The position numbers and the translations under genes are program-made. DNA of 42,925 bases from Pseudomonadota bacterium (GTDB lineage: Bacteria; Pseudomonadota; Alphaproteobacteria; Rhodospirillales; Rhodospirillaceae): positions 1 through 42,925 of the forward strand of contig JAEWWF010000386.1 of NCBI GenBank assembly GCA_023396465.1, written 5' to 3'. Position 1 is the first letter of the stretch; every line of letters starts with the position of its first letter. Below the pieces are notes generated by a model. The model saw nothing but the letters and a program-made list of their open reading frames with translations. It made no database searches and was not told the origin of the DNA. Shown here in pieces: positions 1 through 12,606 of this stretch.

Positions 1-60
1 GTGCGGGACCGCGTCGGCGGTCTGGCCCAAAAGGGCGACCTGTCGAAGTTCATCCTGTAA
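1..60 (+). CDS. 3' end of an unidentified CDS entering from the left edge
   Basis: Frame 1 reads VRDRVGGLAQKGDLSKFIL-TAA with G/C third positions. It converges on folC across a hairpin. Confidence 0.4.
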   Translation: MRDRVGGLAQKGDLSKFIL

Positions 61-102
61 GGGACGCGGCGGCGGCGATCATTCCCCGCCGCCGTCGCGC
101 CC
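61..102. terminator. GC-rich hairpin between convergent genes
   Basis: gcggcggcggcg...cgccgccgtcgc stem. There is no clear U-tract. Confidence 0.3.
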
Positions 103-109
103 TGCGGCC

Positions 110-1402
110 TCAGTCGTTTTCCGCCAGCACCGTGCCGGCCAAATAGAGCGAGCCGCACACCAGCAACCGCGCCGGTCCGGGCCGTCGCGCCAGATCGGCC
201 ACCGCCTCCGCTGGGCTGGCGGCAAGGGCGGTGTCGGGAATGGAGGCGGCGGCGGCCAGCAGATCGGCCGGCGCCTTGCCGTTTTCCTCGCCCGGAATGG
301 CGATGGCGCGGAAGCCGGCGAGGTGCGGGCGCAGCGGCGCCAGGAACCCATCGGCGTCCTTGTCGGCCATCATGCCGCAGACGGCATAGAACGGGCGATC
401 GTGCCAGCCGCGCACGGCCTCGCCCAGCACACGGCCGGCGGACGGATTGTGGCCGCCGTCCAACCACAGCTCCCACCCGTCCGGCAGCGCCTCGACCAGC
501 GGGCCACGCCGCAACCGTTGCAGCCGTGCCGGCCACTCGGCGGCGGCAACCCCGCGCCCGAGCGCCGCGTCCGGCAGCGCGAGACCGGACGCCAGGGCGG
601 CGGCCAGGGCGGCGCCGGCATTGCCGTATTGGTGGGCGCCGGCCAGTCCCGGCGGCGGGCAAATGATCTCCCGCCCGGCCATGCGAAAGCGCAGGCGGTC
701 GTCTTCGAGCCGCTCGACGCTCCAGTCCCGCCCCTCCACCAGAAGAGGCGCCCCGATGGTGGCTGCGTGGGCCTCGATCACCGCCAGCGCTTCGGTCGGC
801 TGGCGGGCGACCACGCAGGGCACCCCCGGCTTCAGGATGTGCGCCTTCTCGGTGGCGATGGCGGCGATGGTGTCGCCGAGGAACTTCTGATGGTCGAGGT
901 CGATGGGGGTCAGCACCGTCGCCGCCGGCCGCGCCACCACGTTGGTGGCGTCCAGGCGGCCGCCGAGGCCGGTTTCCAGCAGCAGCACGTCGGCCGGAAC
1001 GCGGGCGAAGGCCAAGAACGCCGCGCAGGTGGTGATCTCGAAGAAGGTGATGGGCTCGCCGCCGTTGATCCCCTCAGCCTCTTCCAACAGAGCGGTGAGG
1101 GCGTCCTCGGTGATGAGGGAGCCGGCAAGGCGGATGCGCTCGCGGAAGCGCACCAGATGCGGGCTGGTGTAGACGTGGGGCCGCAGGCCGGCCGCCTCCA
1201 CCATGGCCCGCAGCACCGCCAGGGTGGAGCCCTTGCCGTTGGTGCCGGCGACGTGGATCACCGGCGGCACGGCCCGCTCCGGATGGCCCATGCCGGCGAG
1301 CAGGCGCCACACCCGGTCCAGCGACAGGTCGATGATCTTCGGGTGCAGGGCGAGGAGGCGCTCCAGCACCGCGTCGGGGCGACGGCCCGCGCTGGCGGTC
1401 AT
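110..1402 (-). CDS. folC: bifunctional folylpolyglutamate synthase/dihydrofolate synthase
   Basis: HVAGTNGKGST P-loop, YTSPHL, LETGLGGRLDATNV and LDGGHNP motifs; directly downstream of accD. Confidence 0.97.
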   Translation of the reverse strand: MTASAGRRPDAVLERLLALHPKIIDLSLDRVWRLLAGMGHPERAVPPVIHVAGTNGKGSTLAVLRAMVEAAGLRPHVYTSPHLVRFRERIRLAGSLITEDALTALLEEAEGINGGEPITFFEITTCAAFLAFARVPADVLLLETGLGGRLDATNVVARPAATVLTPIDLDHQKFLGDTIAAIATEKAHILKPGVPCVVARQPTEALAVIEAHAATIGAPLLVEGRDWSVERLEDDRLRFRMAGREIICPPPGLAGAHQYGNAGAALAAALASGLALPDAALGRGVAAAEWPARLQRLRRGPLVEALPDGWELWLDGGHNPSAGRVLGEAVRGWHDRPFYAVCGMMADKDADGFLAPLRPHLAGFRAIAIPGEENGKAPADLLAAAASIPDTALAASPAEAVADLARRPGPARLLVCGSLYLAGTVLAEND

Positions 1403-1416
1403 GGCGGCGGGTGCCC

Positions 1417-2379
1417 TCAGACCGCTGGTGCGCCCGGCTGACCGTCGGCCGGCGCGGTGGCCGCATCGGCGGTGGCGTCGTCGCTCCCCAGGCGGGCCTT
1501 GCGGTCGAACGGCACCACCTGCCCGGCCGGGCCGCGGTTGACCAGCAGAGCCAGCAGGTTGGCGATCTTGCCGCGCAACTGGTGGCGGTGAACCACCATG
1601 TCGACCATGCCGTGCTCGCGCAGGTATTCCGACCGCTGGAAGCCTTCCGGCAGCTTCTCGCGGATGGTGGTTTCGATGACGCGGGCGCCGGCGAAGCCAA
1701 TGACGGCGCCGGGTTCGGCGATATGCACGTCGCCCAGCATGGCGAAGCTGGCGGTGACGCCGCCGGTGGTGGGGTCGGTCAGCAGCACGATGTAGGGCAG
1801 GCCGGCGTCCTTCACCTTGTCGACGGCGACGGTGGTGCGCGCCATCTGCATCAGCGACAGGATGCCTTCCTGCATGCGGGCGCCGCCGGAGGCGGGAATG
1901 ACGATCAGCGGCGCGTCCTGCAACACCGCCAGTTCCGCCGCCGCCACGATGCCCTCGCCGACCGCCGCCCCCATGGAGCCGCCCATGTAGTCGAAGTCAA
2001 AAGCGGCGATGACCGTCTTGACGCCGCCGATGGTGCCATGGGCGACCAGGATGGCGTCCTGTTCGCCGGTCTTGGCGCGGGCGTCCTTGATGCGGTCGGA
2101 ATAGCGCTTGAGGTCGCGGAACTTCAGCGGGTCTTCCGGCACCTTGGGCAGTTCGATGCGCTTATAGGCGCCGTCATCGAACAGCATGGCCAGACGCTGC
2201 TTGGCCGGCAGGCGCATGTGATGGCCGCAGTGGGTGCAGACCTGGAGGTTCTTTTCCAGCTCGCGGTGGAACACCATCTGGCCGCACGCCGGGCACTTCT
2301 TCCACAGGTTCTCGGGCACCTCCTTGGGGCGCACGAGTTGCTGGATCTTGGGGCGCACGAAGTTGGTCAGCCAGTTCAT
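1417..2379 (-). CDS. accD: acetyl-CoA carboxylase carboxyltransferase beta subunit
   Basis: N-terminal CPAC..CTHC zinc finger, [26 protein letters not shown] and GFAGARVIE. Confidence 0.98.
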   Translation of the reverse strand: MNWLTNFVRPKIQQLVRPKEVPENLWKKCPACGQMVFHRELEKNLQVCTHCGHHMRLPAKQRLAMLFDDGAYKRIELPKVPEDPLKFRDLKRYSDRIKDARAKTGEQDAILVAHGTIGGVKTVIAAFDFDYMGGSMGAAVGEGIVAAAELAVLQDAPLIVIPASGGARMQEGILSLMQMARTTVAVDKVKDAGLPYIVLLTDPTTGGVTASFAMLGDVHIAEPGAVIGFAGARVIETTIREKLPEGFQRSEYLREHGMVDMVVHRHQLRGKIANLLALLVNRGPAGQVVPFDRKARLGSDDATADAATAPADGQPGAPAV

Positions 2380-2500
2380 CGCGTCTTCCGGTCTGGTTTG
2401 GCAGGACTGTCAGGGCCGCCTTATAGCGCACCTTGCGGCGGTCCGTCACGTCCGATGCCATATCCCTGCCGGCGCGGCGGCGCATGGCAGTTAAACGCAC

Positions 2501-2530
2501 GACGGCGGGGGCCGGTGCCGCCCGCCGTCA
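2501..2530 (-). terminator. imperfect hairpin after the chemoreceptor gene
   Basis: gacggcggg...cccgccgtc inverted repeat about 20 nt past the natural TGA at 2550. Confidence 0.35.
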
Positions 2531-2549
2531 TGGGGTCCGTTCGGCCGCC

Positions 2550-4565
2550 TCAGGCGGCGCGCACCCGGCCGAGGAAGTCCTGCACCACATGGCGCAGCTG
2601 GTCCGCCTGCCGCGACAGCAGGCCGGAGGCGTCGAGCACCTCGCCGGCGGCGCGGCCGGCTTCGTCGGCGGCTTGGGTGACGCCGGCGATGTTGACCGTC
2701 ACCTCGTGGGTGCCGGTGCTGGCGGCCTGGGTGTTGCGGGCGATTTCATGAGTCGCCGCGTCCTGTTCCTACACCGCCGAGGCGATGGCCGACGACACTT
2801 GGCTGATGTCGTGGATCACCTTGCCGATGCCCTCGATGGCGGCGACGGCGGTGGCGGTTTCGTGCTGGATGCTGGAAATCTGCTGGGCGATTTCCTCCGT
2901 CGCGCGGCCGGTCTGGGTGGCGAGGCTCTTGACCTCGTTGGCGACCACGGCGAATCCCTTGCCGGCTTCGCCAGCGCGGGCGGCCTCGATGGTGGCGTTG
3001 AGGGCCAGCAGGTTGGTCTGGCTGGCGATATCGGTGATCAGGTTCACCACCTCGCCAATGCGCTGGGCACTATTGGCCAGCCCGCGCACCACGGCGTTGG
3101 TGTGTTCCGCCTGCTCCGCCGCCTGCCGCGACATGGTGGCCGACTGATGCACCTGACGCCCGATTTCGCTGATCGAGGCCGACAGTTCCTCGGCGGCGCT
3201 GGCCACGGTCTCCACGTTGGTCGAAGCCCGGTCGGCGGAGGTGGAGACGGCGCTGGCCTGACGGGCCGATTGCTCGGCGATGGACGACATGCTGGCGGCG
3301 GTAGCCTCCAACTGGCCGGAGGCGGCACTGACGGCGGTCAGCACGCCGGAGACGTCGGCGTCGAACTGGTGGGTGAGCCGCTCCAGCAGCGCCACATGGC
3401 GTTCGCGGGCGGCATGTTCGGCCTCCTGCTCGGCGGCGAGGTCGCGGGCGCGGATCATGTTGTCCTTGAACACCTGCACGGCGGCGGCCATCTCCCCCAC
3501 CTCATCGCGGCGGCCGCGCGCCGGCACCTCGGTGCCGTTGTCGCCGGCGGCGAGTCGACGCATGGCTTCGGTCATGCCGGCCACCGGGTCGGCGATGCCG
3601 TGACCGATGGCGAAGCCGGCGACGGCGCCGATGGCCAGCGCCACCAGCCCGAGCACCGCCGCCACCGTGGTACCGGTGGTGATGCTGGCTGCCACCTGCG
3701 GTCCAAGGCCGTCTTGCGCCATGCGGATTTCTGACTGCACGGAGTCGACGTCCTCCGCCACGCGCGGCCCGATGACATCAAGCGTGCCGTTCACCAACTC
3801 CGAGCGGCTGCGAATGGCGGCGGCCATGGTCTCGAAATGCTCGGAATAGCGCTGCGACGACTGCGCCGCCGCCTGCGCCTGGCTGCGCATGGCCATGGTG
3901 CGGAGCGTCGGCACCAACTCGGCGAAGCGCTGGTCGAACAGGGCCTTCTCCTGCTTCACCTTGTCGTAGGAAGCGGGATCGTTGTCGGCCAGGAAACGGT
4001 TGGCGTGCAGCCGGACGGTCAGGATCTGCTGCATGGCCAGCCCGGCGCGGTAGGAGATTTCGGCATCGCCGGCCCGATAGGCGGCTTCCATGATCTCGGC
4101 CAGCGCCGTCTCGATATGCGGTCCCACCTTGCCGAGCTGCGAAACAGCCTCGTTCCGCGCCGCCTGGCTTTCCACCACCTGTCCGAAGGTGCGGCGGTAG
4201 TCGGCGATGACCGTCTGCACCTCGTCCATGAGGGCCAGCTTGCGGGTGTCTTCCGGGGCGATCAGCGAGCGCGCCGCCTCCGCCAGCGTGGCGGTGGAGG
4301 CGGCGTGCGCCTGGACGGCGGCGATGGCGGCATCATTGTCGCGGATGAGGTAATCCTTGGCCGCCATGCGGGTTTGGAGCATGTCGAGCTGGATGGCCGC
4401 CACGGCGCCGGTCTCGCCGGTGAGATGGCGGTAGCGCTCGAACACCCCGCCCACCGTTTGCAGGGCCCAGCCGCCGGTCAAAGCGGTGATGACCAGCAGC
4501 ACCAGCACGATGCCGAAGCCAAGGAACACTTTCGCGCGGATTTTCATGTTGTTGAACAAGGCCAT
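2550..4565 (-). pseudogene. methyl-accepting chemotaxis protein (HBM-like sensor, HAMP and MCP signal domains) interrupted by an in-frame TAG at 2769-2771
   Basis: Two TM helices, HAMP ([16 protein letters not shown]) and the signalling hairpin [31 protein letters not shown]. After AIASAV-TAG the same frame continues EQDAATHEIARN...QDFLGRVRAA-TGA (72 aa). ATG at 4565 follows GGGAGG. Confidence 0.88.
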
Positions 4566-4812
4566 GGTGACCTCCCGCAGCCTGCGGCCGCCCGTCACCC
4601 TGGCGGGGCCGGCCAGAATCCCTCTTTTTTATACGCCCGTGGGCTGAAGAGTGGCAGCTATACAGACGTTAGGGGCGGATTCTCCTCGACCTTGGCCGTA
4701 GGTGGCGCAACCTTGGCGAAGCCAGGGGCGCCGGCCCTTGGACGATGGTCAAGGGGGGCACCCGTTGTCCTGGCGCACGTCTGGACTGTGCCTCGTGCAG
4801 GGCGCCGACGTC

Positions 4813-5739
4813 TCAGCGCCGGCCAACCACCAGCGCCACCCCGGCCACCGCCAGCGCCATGCCGGCCAGGGCGATCAGGCCGAGGGTCTCGCCGAACAGC
4901 GCCCAGGCGGTGACGGCTGTGACCGGCGGCACGAGGTAGAACAGGCTGGCGGTGCGGGCCGCCTCGCCACGGCGGATGAGCAGCATGAGCAGGCTGATGG
5001 CGCCAATGGACAGCACGAGCACCAGCCAGCCGAGGGCGAACAGGAACTCCCCGGTCCACTGCACGGCGCGGGTCTCCACCGCCAGGGCGGCGAGGCCGGT
5101 GACGGCGGCGGCGGAGATGTACTGGATAAAGGTGGCGATGCGCAGGTCGGCGCCGCCGCCGAACCGCTTTTGGTAGAGGGTTCCGGCGGTGATGCCGAAC
5201 AGCCCGACCACCGCCCCCACCAGGGCCACCGGCGCCACCGTGCCGACGCCGCTGCCGGCCAGCTTCTCCCCCACCACCATGCCGACGCCGGAAAGGCCGA
5301 GCACCAGGCCGAGCCACTGGCGGCCGCTCACCCGTTCGCCCAGCAGCGGTCCGACCGCCACCGCCGGCAGCAGCGGCTGCATGCCGACCACCAGCGCCGC
5401 CACCCCGGCCGACAGGCCGGCGCCGATGGCCCAGAACACGCCGCCGAGGTAAAGCCCGTGGACCAGCGCCCCGGTCACCAGCTGGTGACCCGCCGCCCGC
5501 CAGCCGCCGCGCCAGGCGGCGCGGGCCATGACGGCCAGCGGCGCCAGCAGCAGCAGCACCAGGGCGAAGCGGATGAACAGAAAAGTGAAGGCCTCGGCAT
5601 AGGGCAGGCCGAACTTGGCGCCGATGAAGCCGGTCGACCACAGCAGCACGAACACCGCCGGCATCGCCCGCACCATCAGGGGCGGCGGCGGCGCGGCGGT
5701 GGAGGACGGAGCGGCGGGCGCGGGGCGGCGGGTGGTCAT
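4813..5739 (-). CDS. DMT/EamA family transporter
   Basis: About 10 hydrophobic segments; FVLLWSTGFIGAK and SLFYLVPPVTA..LFGE motifs. Confidence 0.92.
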   Translation of the reverse strand: MTTRRPAPAAPSSTAAPPPPLMVRAMPAVFVLLWSTGFIGAKFGLPYAEAFTFLFIRFALVLLLLAPLAVMARAAWRGGWRAAGHQLVTGALVHGLYLGGVFWAIGAGLSAGVAALVVGMQPLLPAVAVGPLLGERVSGRQWLGLVLGLSGVGMVVGEKLAGSGVGTVAPVALVGAVVGLFGITAGTLYQKRFGGGADLRIATFIQYISAAAVTGLAALAVETRAVQWTGEFLFALGWLVLVLSIGAISLLMLLIRRGEAARTASLFYLVPPVTAVTAWALFGETLGLIALAGMALAVAGVALVVGRR

Positions 5740-5809
5740 GGCAGCGGCATGATGCGCGCCCGCCCCCGCCCCGGCAAGGGCCGTTCAGGCCGCGCCCCCG
5801 CGGCCGTCG

Positions 5810-7452
<1,643 letters not shown>

Positions 7453-7456
<4 letters not shown>

Positions 7457-8490
7457 GCCACCCTCTTGCGCGGATCGAAGGCATCGCGCACCGCCTCGCC
7501 GACGAACACCAGCAGCGACAGCATCACCGCCATCACCACGAAGCCGGCGATGCCGAGCCAGGGAGCCTGGAGGTTTTCCTTGCCCTGGCGCAGCAGATCG
7601 CCCAGCGACGGGCTGCCCGGCGGCAGGCCAAGGCCGAGGAAGTCGAGCGCCGTCAGGCTGACGATGGCCCCCGACAGGATGAACGGCGCGAAGGTCAGGG
7701 TCGCCACCATGGCGTTGGGCAGGACGTGACGGATCATGATGCGGCCATCGCCCATGCCCAGCGCCTTGGCGGCGCGGACGTAGTCCAGGTTGCGGGCGCG
7801 CAGGAACTCGGCCCGCACCACGCCGACCAGGGCGGTCCAGGAAAACAGCAGCAGGATCACCAGCAGGGTCCAGAAACTGGGGGCGATGACGCTCGACAGG
7901 ATGATGAGGATGAACAGCTGCGGCAGCCCGCTCCACACCTCCAGCACGCGCTGGAACAGCAGGTCCGTCCAGCCGCCGAAGTAGCCCTGCACGGCGCCGG
8001 CCAGAATGCCGATCAGCGACGACACGGCGGTCAGGATCAGCCCGAACAGCACCGAGACGCGGAAGCCGTAGATCAGCCGTGCCACCACGTCGCGGCCCTG
8101 ATCGTCGGTGCCGAGCCAGTGGCGCGAATCGGGTGGGCTCGGCGCCGGCTGTCCGAGCAACGGGTCGGCGGTGCGGTAGTCGAAGCGGATCGGCGGCCAC
8201 ACCATCCAGCCGTTTTCCTCGATCATCTCCTGCACCGCCGGGTCTTTATAGTTGGCTTCGGTCGGGAAGAAGCCGCCGAACTCGGTTTCCGGGTAGGCGA
8301 CGAAGATGGGGAAGTGGGGCGCGTCGTCGTACCAGACGAATACCGGCCTATCGTTGGCCAGGAACTCGGCGAACATGCTGACGAAGAACAAGATCAGGAA
8401 CAGCCACAGCGACCAGAAGCCGCGCCGGTTGGCGCGGAAGCGGGCCAGCCGGCGGCGGGTGATGGGGCTCAGGTCGGAGAACAGCGCCAT
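7453..8490 (-). CDS. yejE: peptide ABC transporter permease (YejE-like)
   Basis: [32 protein letters not shown], an EAA-type loop YVRAAKALG and [12 protein letters not shown]. Confidence 0.92.
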
Positions 8491-8504
8491 GGTCCGCCGG
8501 CCTC

Positions 8505-9602
8505 CTACGTGCTTTGGGCTTCAAAGGTGATGCGCGGGTCGACCATGTGATAGGCGATGTCGCTCAACAGGTTCAGCAACAACCCGATCAGGCCGAAGAC
8601 GTAGAGGGTGCCGAAGACCACCGGATAGTCCCGGTTGATGGTCGCCTCGAACCCCAGCAGGCCGAGGCCGTCGAGGCTGAAGATGACCTCGATCAGCACC
8701 GATCCGGTGAACAGCATGGTCACCAGGGTCGCCGGGAACCCGGCGATGATGAGCAGCATGGCGTTGCGGAACACATGGCCGTACAGCACCTGCCGTTCGT
8801 TCAGGCCCTTGGCGCGGGCGGTGATGACGTACTGCTTGTTGATCTCTTCCAGGAAGCTGTTCTTGGTCAGCATGGTCAATCCGGCGAAGCCGCCGATCAC
8901 CATGGCCATGACAGGCAGGGTGAGATGCCAGAAGTAGTCGACGATGCGCATGGGCCACGACAAGTCGTGCCAGTTGTCGGACGTCAGGCCGCGCAGGGGG
9001 AACCAGTCAAAGTAGCGGCCGCCGGCGAACAGCACGATCAGCAGGATGGCGAACAGGAAGGCCGGCACCGCGTAGCCGACGATCACCACCCCCGACGACC
9101 AGGTATCGAAGCGTGATCCGTCACGCACCGCTTTCATCACCCCGAGCGGAATGGACACCAGATAGATGATCAGCGTCGACCAGATGCCGAGGGAGGCGGA
9201 GACCGGCAGTTTGTCGAGCACCAGCTCCAGCACGCCGCGATCACGGTAATAGCTCTGGCCGAGGTCGAAGGTGGCGTAGCTTTTGATCATCAGCCAGAAG
9301 CGTTCATGCGCCGGCTTGTCGAAGCCGAACTGCCGTTCGATCTCGGCGATGAAATCGGGTGGCAGCCCTTGGGCGCCGCGATAGGTGCTGCCCTCGCCGG
9401 CCATGCCGCCGCCGCCGCCCGTTTCCCCGCCGCCGCCGCCGGTGATGCGGGCGGTGGCGTCGACGCCGGTGCCCTGGACGCGGGCGATCATCTGCTCCAC
9501 CGGGCCGCCCGGCGCGAACTGCACGATGACGAAGTTGATCAGGATAATCCCGAACAGCGTCAGCGGGATGAGCAGCAGGCGGCGGACGATGTAGGCGAAC
9601 AT
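8505..9602 (-). CDS. yejB: peptide ABC transporter permease (YejB-like)
   Basis: [49 protein letters not shown] and VDPRI. Confidence 0.93.
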   Translation of the reverse strand: MFAYIVRRLLLIPLTLFGIILINFVIVQFAPGGPVEQMIARVQGTGVDATARITGGGGGETGGGGGMAGEGSTYRGAQGLPPDFIAEIERQFGFDKPAHERFWLMIKSYATFDLGQSYYRDRGVLELVLDKLPVSASLGIWSTLIIYLVSIPLGVMKAVRDGSRFDTWSSGVVIVGYAVPAFLFAILLIVLFAGGRYFDWFPLRGLTSDNWHDLSWPMRIVDYFWHLTLPVMAMVIGGFAGLTMLTKNSFLEEINKQYVITARAKGLNERQVLYGHVFRNAMLLIIAGFPATLVTMLFTGSVLIEVIFSLDGLGLLGFEATINRDYPVVFGTLYVFGLIGLLLNLLSDIAYHMVDPRITFEAQST

Positions 9603-9625
9603 GGGGCAGGGGCTCCGCTACGCCG

Positions 9626-11563
9626 TTACTGGGCGGGCGTCGGGGCGGCAGGGGTGTCCCCCGCCGCCGGCACCGGGTTCTCCTCCTGCGCCTTCTGCTG
9701 CTCGGCGGCTACCTGGCGATCCTTGGCCGATTCGACCCACCAGGCCATCAGGTCGATGCCGCGCATGGGTCGCGCCTCGGGGAAGCCGAACTTGTCCCAG
9801 TAGGCGATGCGCTGCGTCGGGCTGTGCCAATGGGGAATGACCAGGAACTGCCATTGCAGGGCGCGGTCGAGCGCCCGCACGCGGGTGACCAGCGCCTCGC
9901 GGTCGGGCGCCTGGATGACCAGTTCGATCAGTTGGTCGATGGCCGGGTTCTGGAGGCCGGCGTAGTTGCGGCTGCCCTCGTGGGTGGCGGCGTCGCTGCC
10001 CCAAAACTCGCGCTGCTCGTTGCCCGGCGACAGCGATTGGCCCCAGACGGTCGAGGTCATGTCGAAGTCGAAGCTGCGCAGGCGGTTGATGTACTGCGCG
10101 GTATCGACGGTGCGCACGGTGGCCTCGACGCCGAGGGTCTTCAGGTTCTCGACGAAGGGCAGCGTCACCCGCTCGAACACCGGATCGACGAGCAGGATCT
10201 CGAAGGTCAGCGGGCGGCCGGTTTCCTTGTGGACCATCTTGCGGCTGCGGGGATCGACCTCGTATCCCGCCTCCTGGAGAAGACCGAAGGCTTTGCGCAG
10301 GTTGTCGCGGATGTTGCCGGCGGGGTCGCCGGCCGGTGGGGCGTAGGCTTCGGTGAACACCCGCTCCGGCAACTGGTCGCGCAGCGGTTCCAGGATCGCC
10401 AGCTCCTCCGGCGACGGCAGGCCGGTGGCCGCCAGTTCCGAGTGGTCGAAGTAGCTGCGGGTGCGGGCATAGAGGCCGTAGAACAGGGTGGCGTTGGTCC
10501 ACTCGAAATTGAAGGCATAGGCCAGCGCCTCGCGCACCTTGGGGTGCTCGAACTGCGGCCGCCGCATGTTCATCACCCACCCCTGCATGCCCGAGGGGAG
10601 GTCGTCCTCGAAGGTGGCCTTCTTCACCAGCCCTTGATGAAAGGCTGGAAAATCATAGCCGACGGACCAGTTCTTGGCCGAGTTCTCCACCCGCAGGTCG
10701 TAGGCGCCGGCCTTGAAGGCTTCCAGACCGACCGTGGTGTCGCGGTAATAGTCGTAGCGGATGCGGTCGAAGTTGTAGCGGCCGACATTGACCGGCAGAT
10801 CCTTGCCCCAGTAATCGGGGACCCGCTCGTAGGTGACGTAGCGGCCGGGCTCGAACGCCGCCACCCGATAGGGACCGGAGCCCACCGGCGGTTTCAGGGT
10901 GGTGGCGGTCGGGTCGTTGCCGTCCGCCTCCCAATGGTGTTTGGGCAGGACCGGAAGCTGCCCGAGGATCAGCGGAAGTTCACGGTTGTCGGTGCCGTCG
11001 AACAGGAAGGTCACCTGCCGCTCGCCGGTCTTCTCCACCCGCGCCACCGAGCCGTAGTAGAAGCGATACAGCGGATCGCCCTTCTGGGTCAGGAACTCGA
11101 AGGTCCAGATGACGTCTTCCGGGGTGATCGGCGCCCCGTCATGGAAGCGCGCCCGCGGGTTCAGATTGAAGGCGACCCACGAGCGGTCGTCGGGCATCTG
11201 CACGCTTTCGGCCACCTGCCCATACTCGGTGAAGGCTTCATCGTTGGCGCTGGTCAGCAGCGTGTCATAGATCATGCCGATCCCGGTCGCCGGGGTGCCG
11301 CGCGTGATGTAGGGATTGAAGGTGTCGAAGGTGCCAAGCGCCAGAAGCCGCAGCGTCCCGCCCTTGGGGGCCTGCGGATTGACATAGCTGAAGTGGGTGA
11401 AGCCATCGGTGTACTTGGCGTCGCCGTGCATGGCAATGCCGATACGCGGCGCTACCGAGGCGATGTCGGGGAGCGCCGGCGTGTCCTCGGCCTTGTCCTG
11501 GGCGATGGCGGCGGTGGCGATGCTGGTGACGGCCACGGCGGCGATGGCGAGGCGGCGGAACAT
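9626..11563 (-). CDS. yejA: peptide ABC transporter substrate-binding protein (YejA-like, SBP family 5)
   Basis: Signal peptide MFRRLAIAAVAV, FSYVNPQAPKGG, ARFHDGAPITPEDV and SLSPGNEQREFWGS. AGGGAG lies upstream; TTG at 11572 is an alternative start. Confidence 0.92.
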   Translation of the reverse strand: MFRRLAIAAVAVTSIATAAIAQDKAEDTPALPDIASVAPRIGIAMHGDAKYTDGFTHFSYVNPQAPKGGTLRLLALGTFDTFNPYITRGTPATGIGMIYDTLLTSANDEAFTEYGQVAESVQMPDDRSWVAFNLNPRARFHDGAPITPEDVIWTFEFLTQKGDPLYRFYYGSVARVEKTGERQVTFLFDGTDNRELPLILGQLPVLPKHHWEADGNDPTATTLKPPVGSGPYRVAAFEPGRYVTYERVPDYWGKDLPVNVGRYNFDRIRYDYYRDTTVGLEAFKAGAYDLRVENSAKNWSVGYDFPAFHQGLVKKATFEDDLPSGMQGWVMNMRRPQFEHPKVREALAYAFNFEWTNATLFYGLYARTRSYFDHSELAATGLPSPEELAILEPLRDQLPERVFTEAYAPPAGDPAGNIRDNLRKAFGLLQEAGYEVDPRSRKMVHKETGRPLTFEILLVDPVFERVTLPFVENLKTLGVEATVRTVDTAQYINRLRSFDFDMTSTVWGQSLSPGNEQREFWGSDAATHEGSRNYAGLQNPAIDQLIELVIQAPDREALVTRVRALDRALQWQFLVIPHWHSPTQRIAYWDKFGFPEARPMRGIDLMAWWVESAKDRQVAAEQQKAQEENPVPAAGDTPAAPTPAQ

Positions 11564-11718
11564 GCGGCGCAACACTCCCTCCCTGTCAGGAACCCATGCG
11601 GAGCAATGGGATAACCGGATAGTGGGCCCCAGGCGCGGGCACCGCAAGCACCTGCCGCACATTTTCCGCAAAGTCATTCAATAACGCCGCAGCCGTCGCC
11701 GTCGCCGCAACGGGCGAG

Positions 11719-12516
11719 TCACCCGGCCAGACGGGCCAGGGCGGCGGCGTGCAAGCGGGCATCGCCGGCGGCCAGAACCCGGCCGTCGGAGGCGGGGGTC
11801 AGCGGCTGGCCCTGCCAGTCGGTGACGATGCCGCCAGCCTGTTCGATCACCGGCACCACGGCGGCCCAGTCGTAGACCTTGAGGTCGGCCTCGCACACCA
11901 GATCGACGAAGCCCAGCGCCAGCAGGCCGAAGGCATAGCAGTCGCAGCCGTAGCGCGGCAGCTTCACCGACTGATACAGGCGCTGGAAGGCCGGCCAGTC
12001 GTCGCCCTTGAACATCTCCGGGGCGGTGGCGTACAGCGTCGCCTTGGCGAGATCGGGGCAGGCGCGGGTGGCGAGGGTCTGGCCGCCGAGGGTGGTGCCG
12101 TGGCCGGCGGCGCCGATCCAGCGTTCGCCGGTGATCGGCTGGTCGATGATGCCAAGCCACGGGCGACCATCCTTCAACAGGGCGATCAGGGTGCCGAAGC
12201 TGGGCTTGCCGCTGATGAAAGCCTTGGTGCCGTCGATGGGGTCGAGCACCCACACCAGATCGGCGCCTTCGTTGGAGCGGCCGAACTCCTCGCCGATGAT
12301 GCCGTGGCCGGGGACCGCCTCGGCCAGCACGGCGCGCATGGCTTCCTCGGCGCCCCGGTCGGCGATGGTGACGGGGCTGTCGTCGGCCTTGTCGTCCACC
12401 GCCACGGGCGTGCGGAAATACTGCCGGATCAGCGCCCCGCTGGTATCGGCCAGCCGGTTGGCGAGGGCGATCAGCTCGGCGGGGACGGCGGGCGTGGCGA
12501 GGCTGCTGATGGTCAT
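11719..12516 (-). CDS. hisN: histidinol-phosphatase, inositol monophosphatase family
   Basis: KADDSPVTIADR, GEEFG, WVLDPIDGTKAFISG, GIIDQP and YDWAAVVPVIEQAGG. Confidence 0.88.
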   Translation of the reverse strand: MTISSLATPAVPAELIALANRLADTSGALIRQYFRTPVAVDDKADDSPVTIADRGAEEAMRAVLAEAVPGHGIIGEEFGRSNEGADLVWVLDPIDGTKAFISGKPSFGTLIALLKDGRPWLGIIDQPITGERWIGAAGHGTTLGGQTLATRACPDLAKATLYATAPEMFKGDDWPAFQRLYQSVKLPRYGCDCYAFGLLALGFVDLVCEADLKVYDWAAVVPVIEQAGGIVTDWQGQPLTPASDGRVLAAGDARLHAAALARLAG

Positions 12517-12606
12517 GGCGCGGAACCCTGGGCGATGGAGGGGGAGGCGGTTCGCCCTGCGGTACCCCGTCCATCGCCGCCGGTCAATACGGCCGCGCCG
12601 CTGTCA

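Noticed and set aside
2769..2771. Pyrrolysine recoding of the MCP amber codon
   Set aside because: The position is a conserved Glu one substitution from TAG, and no pyl genes are in the window.
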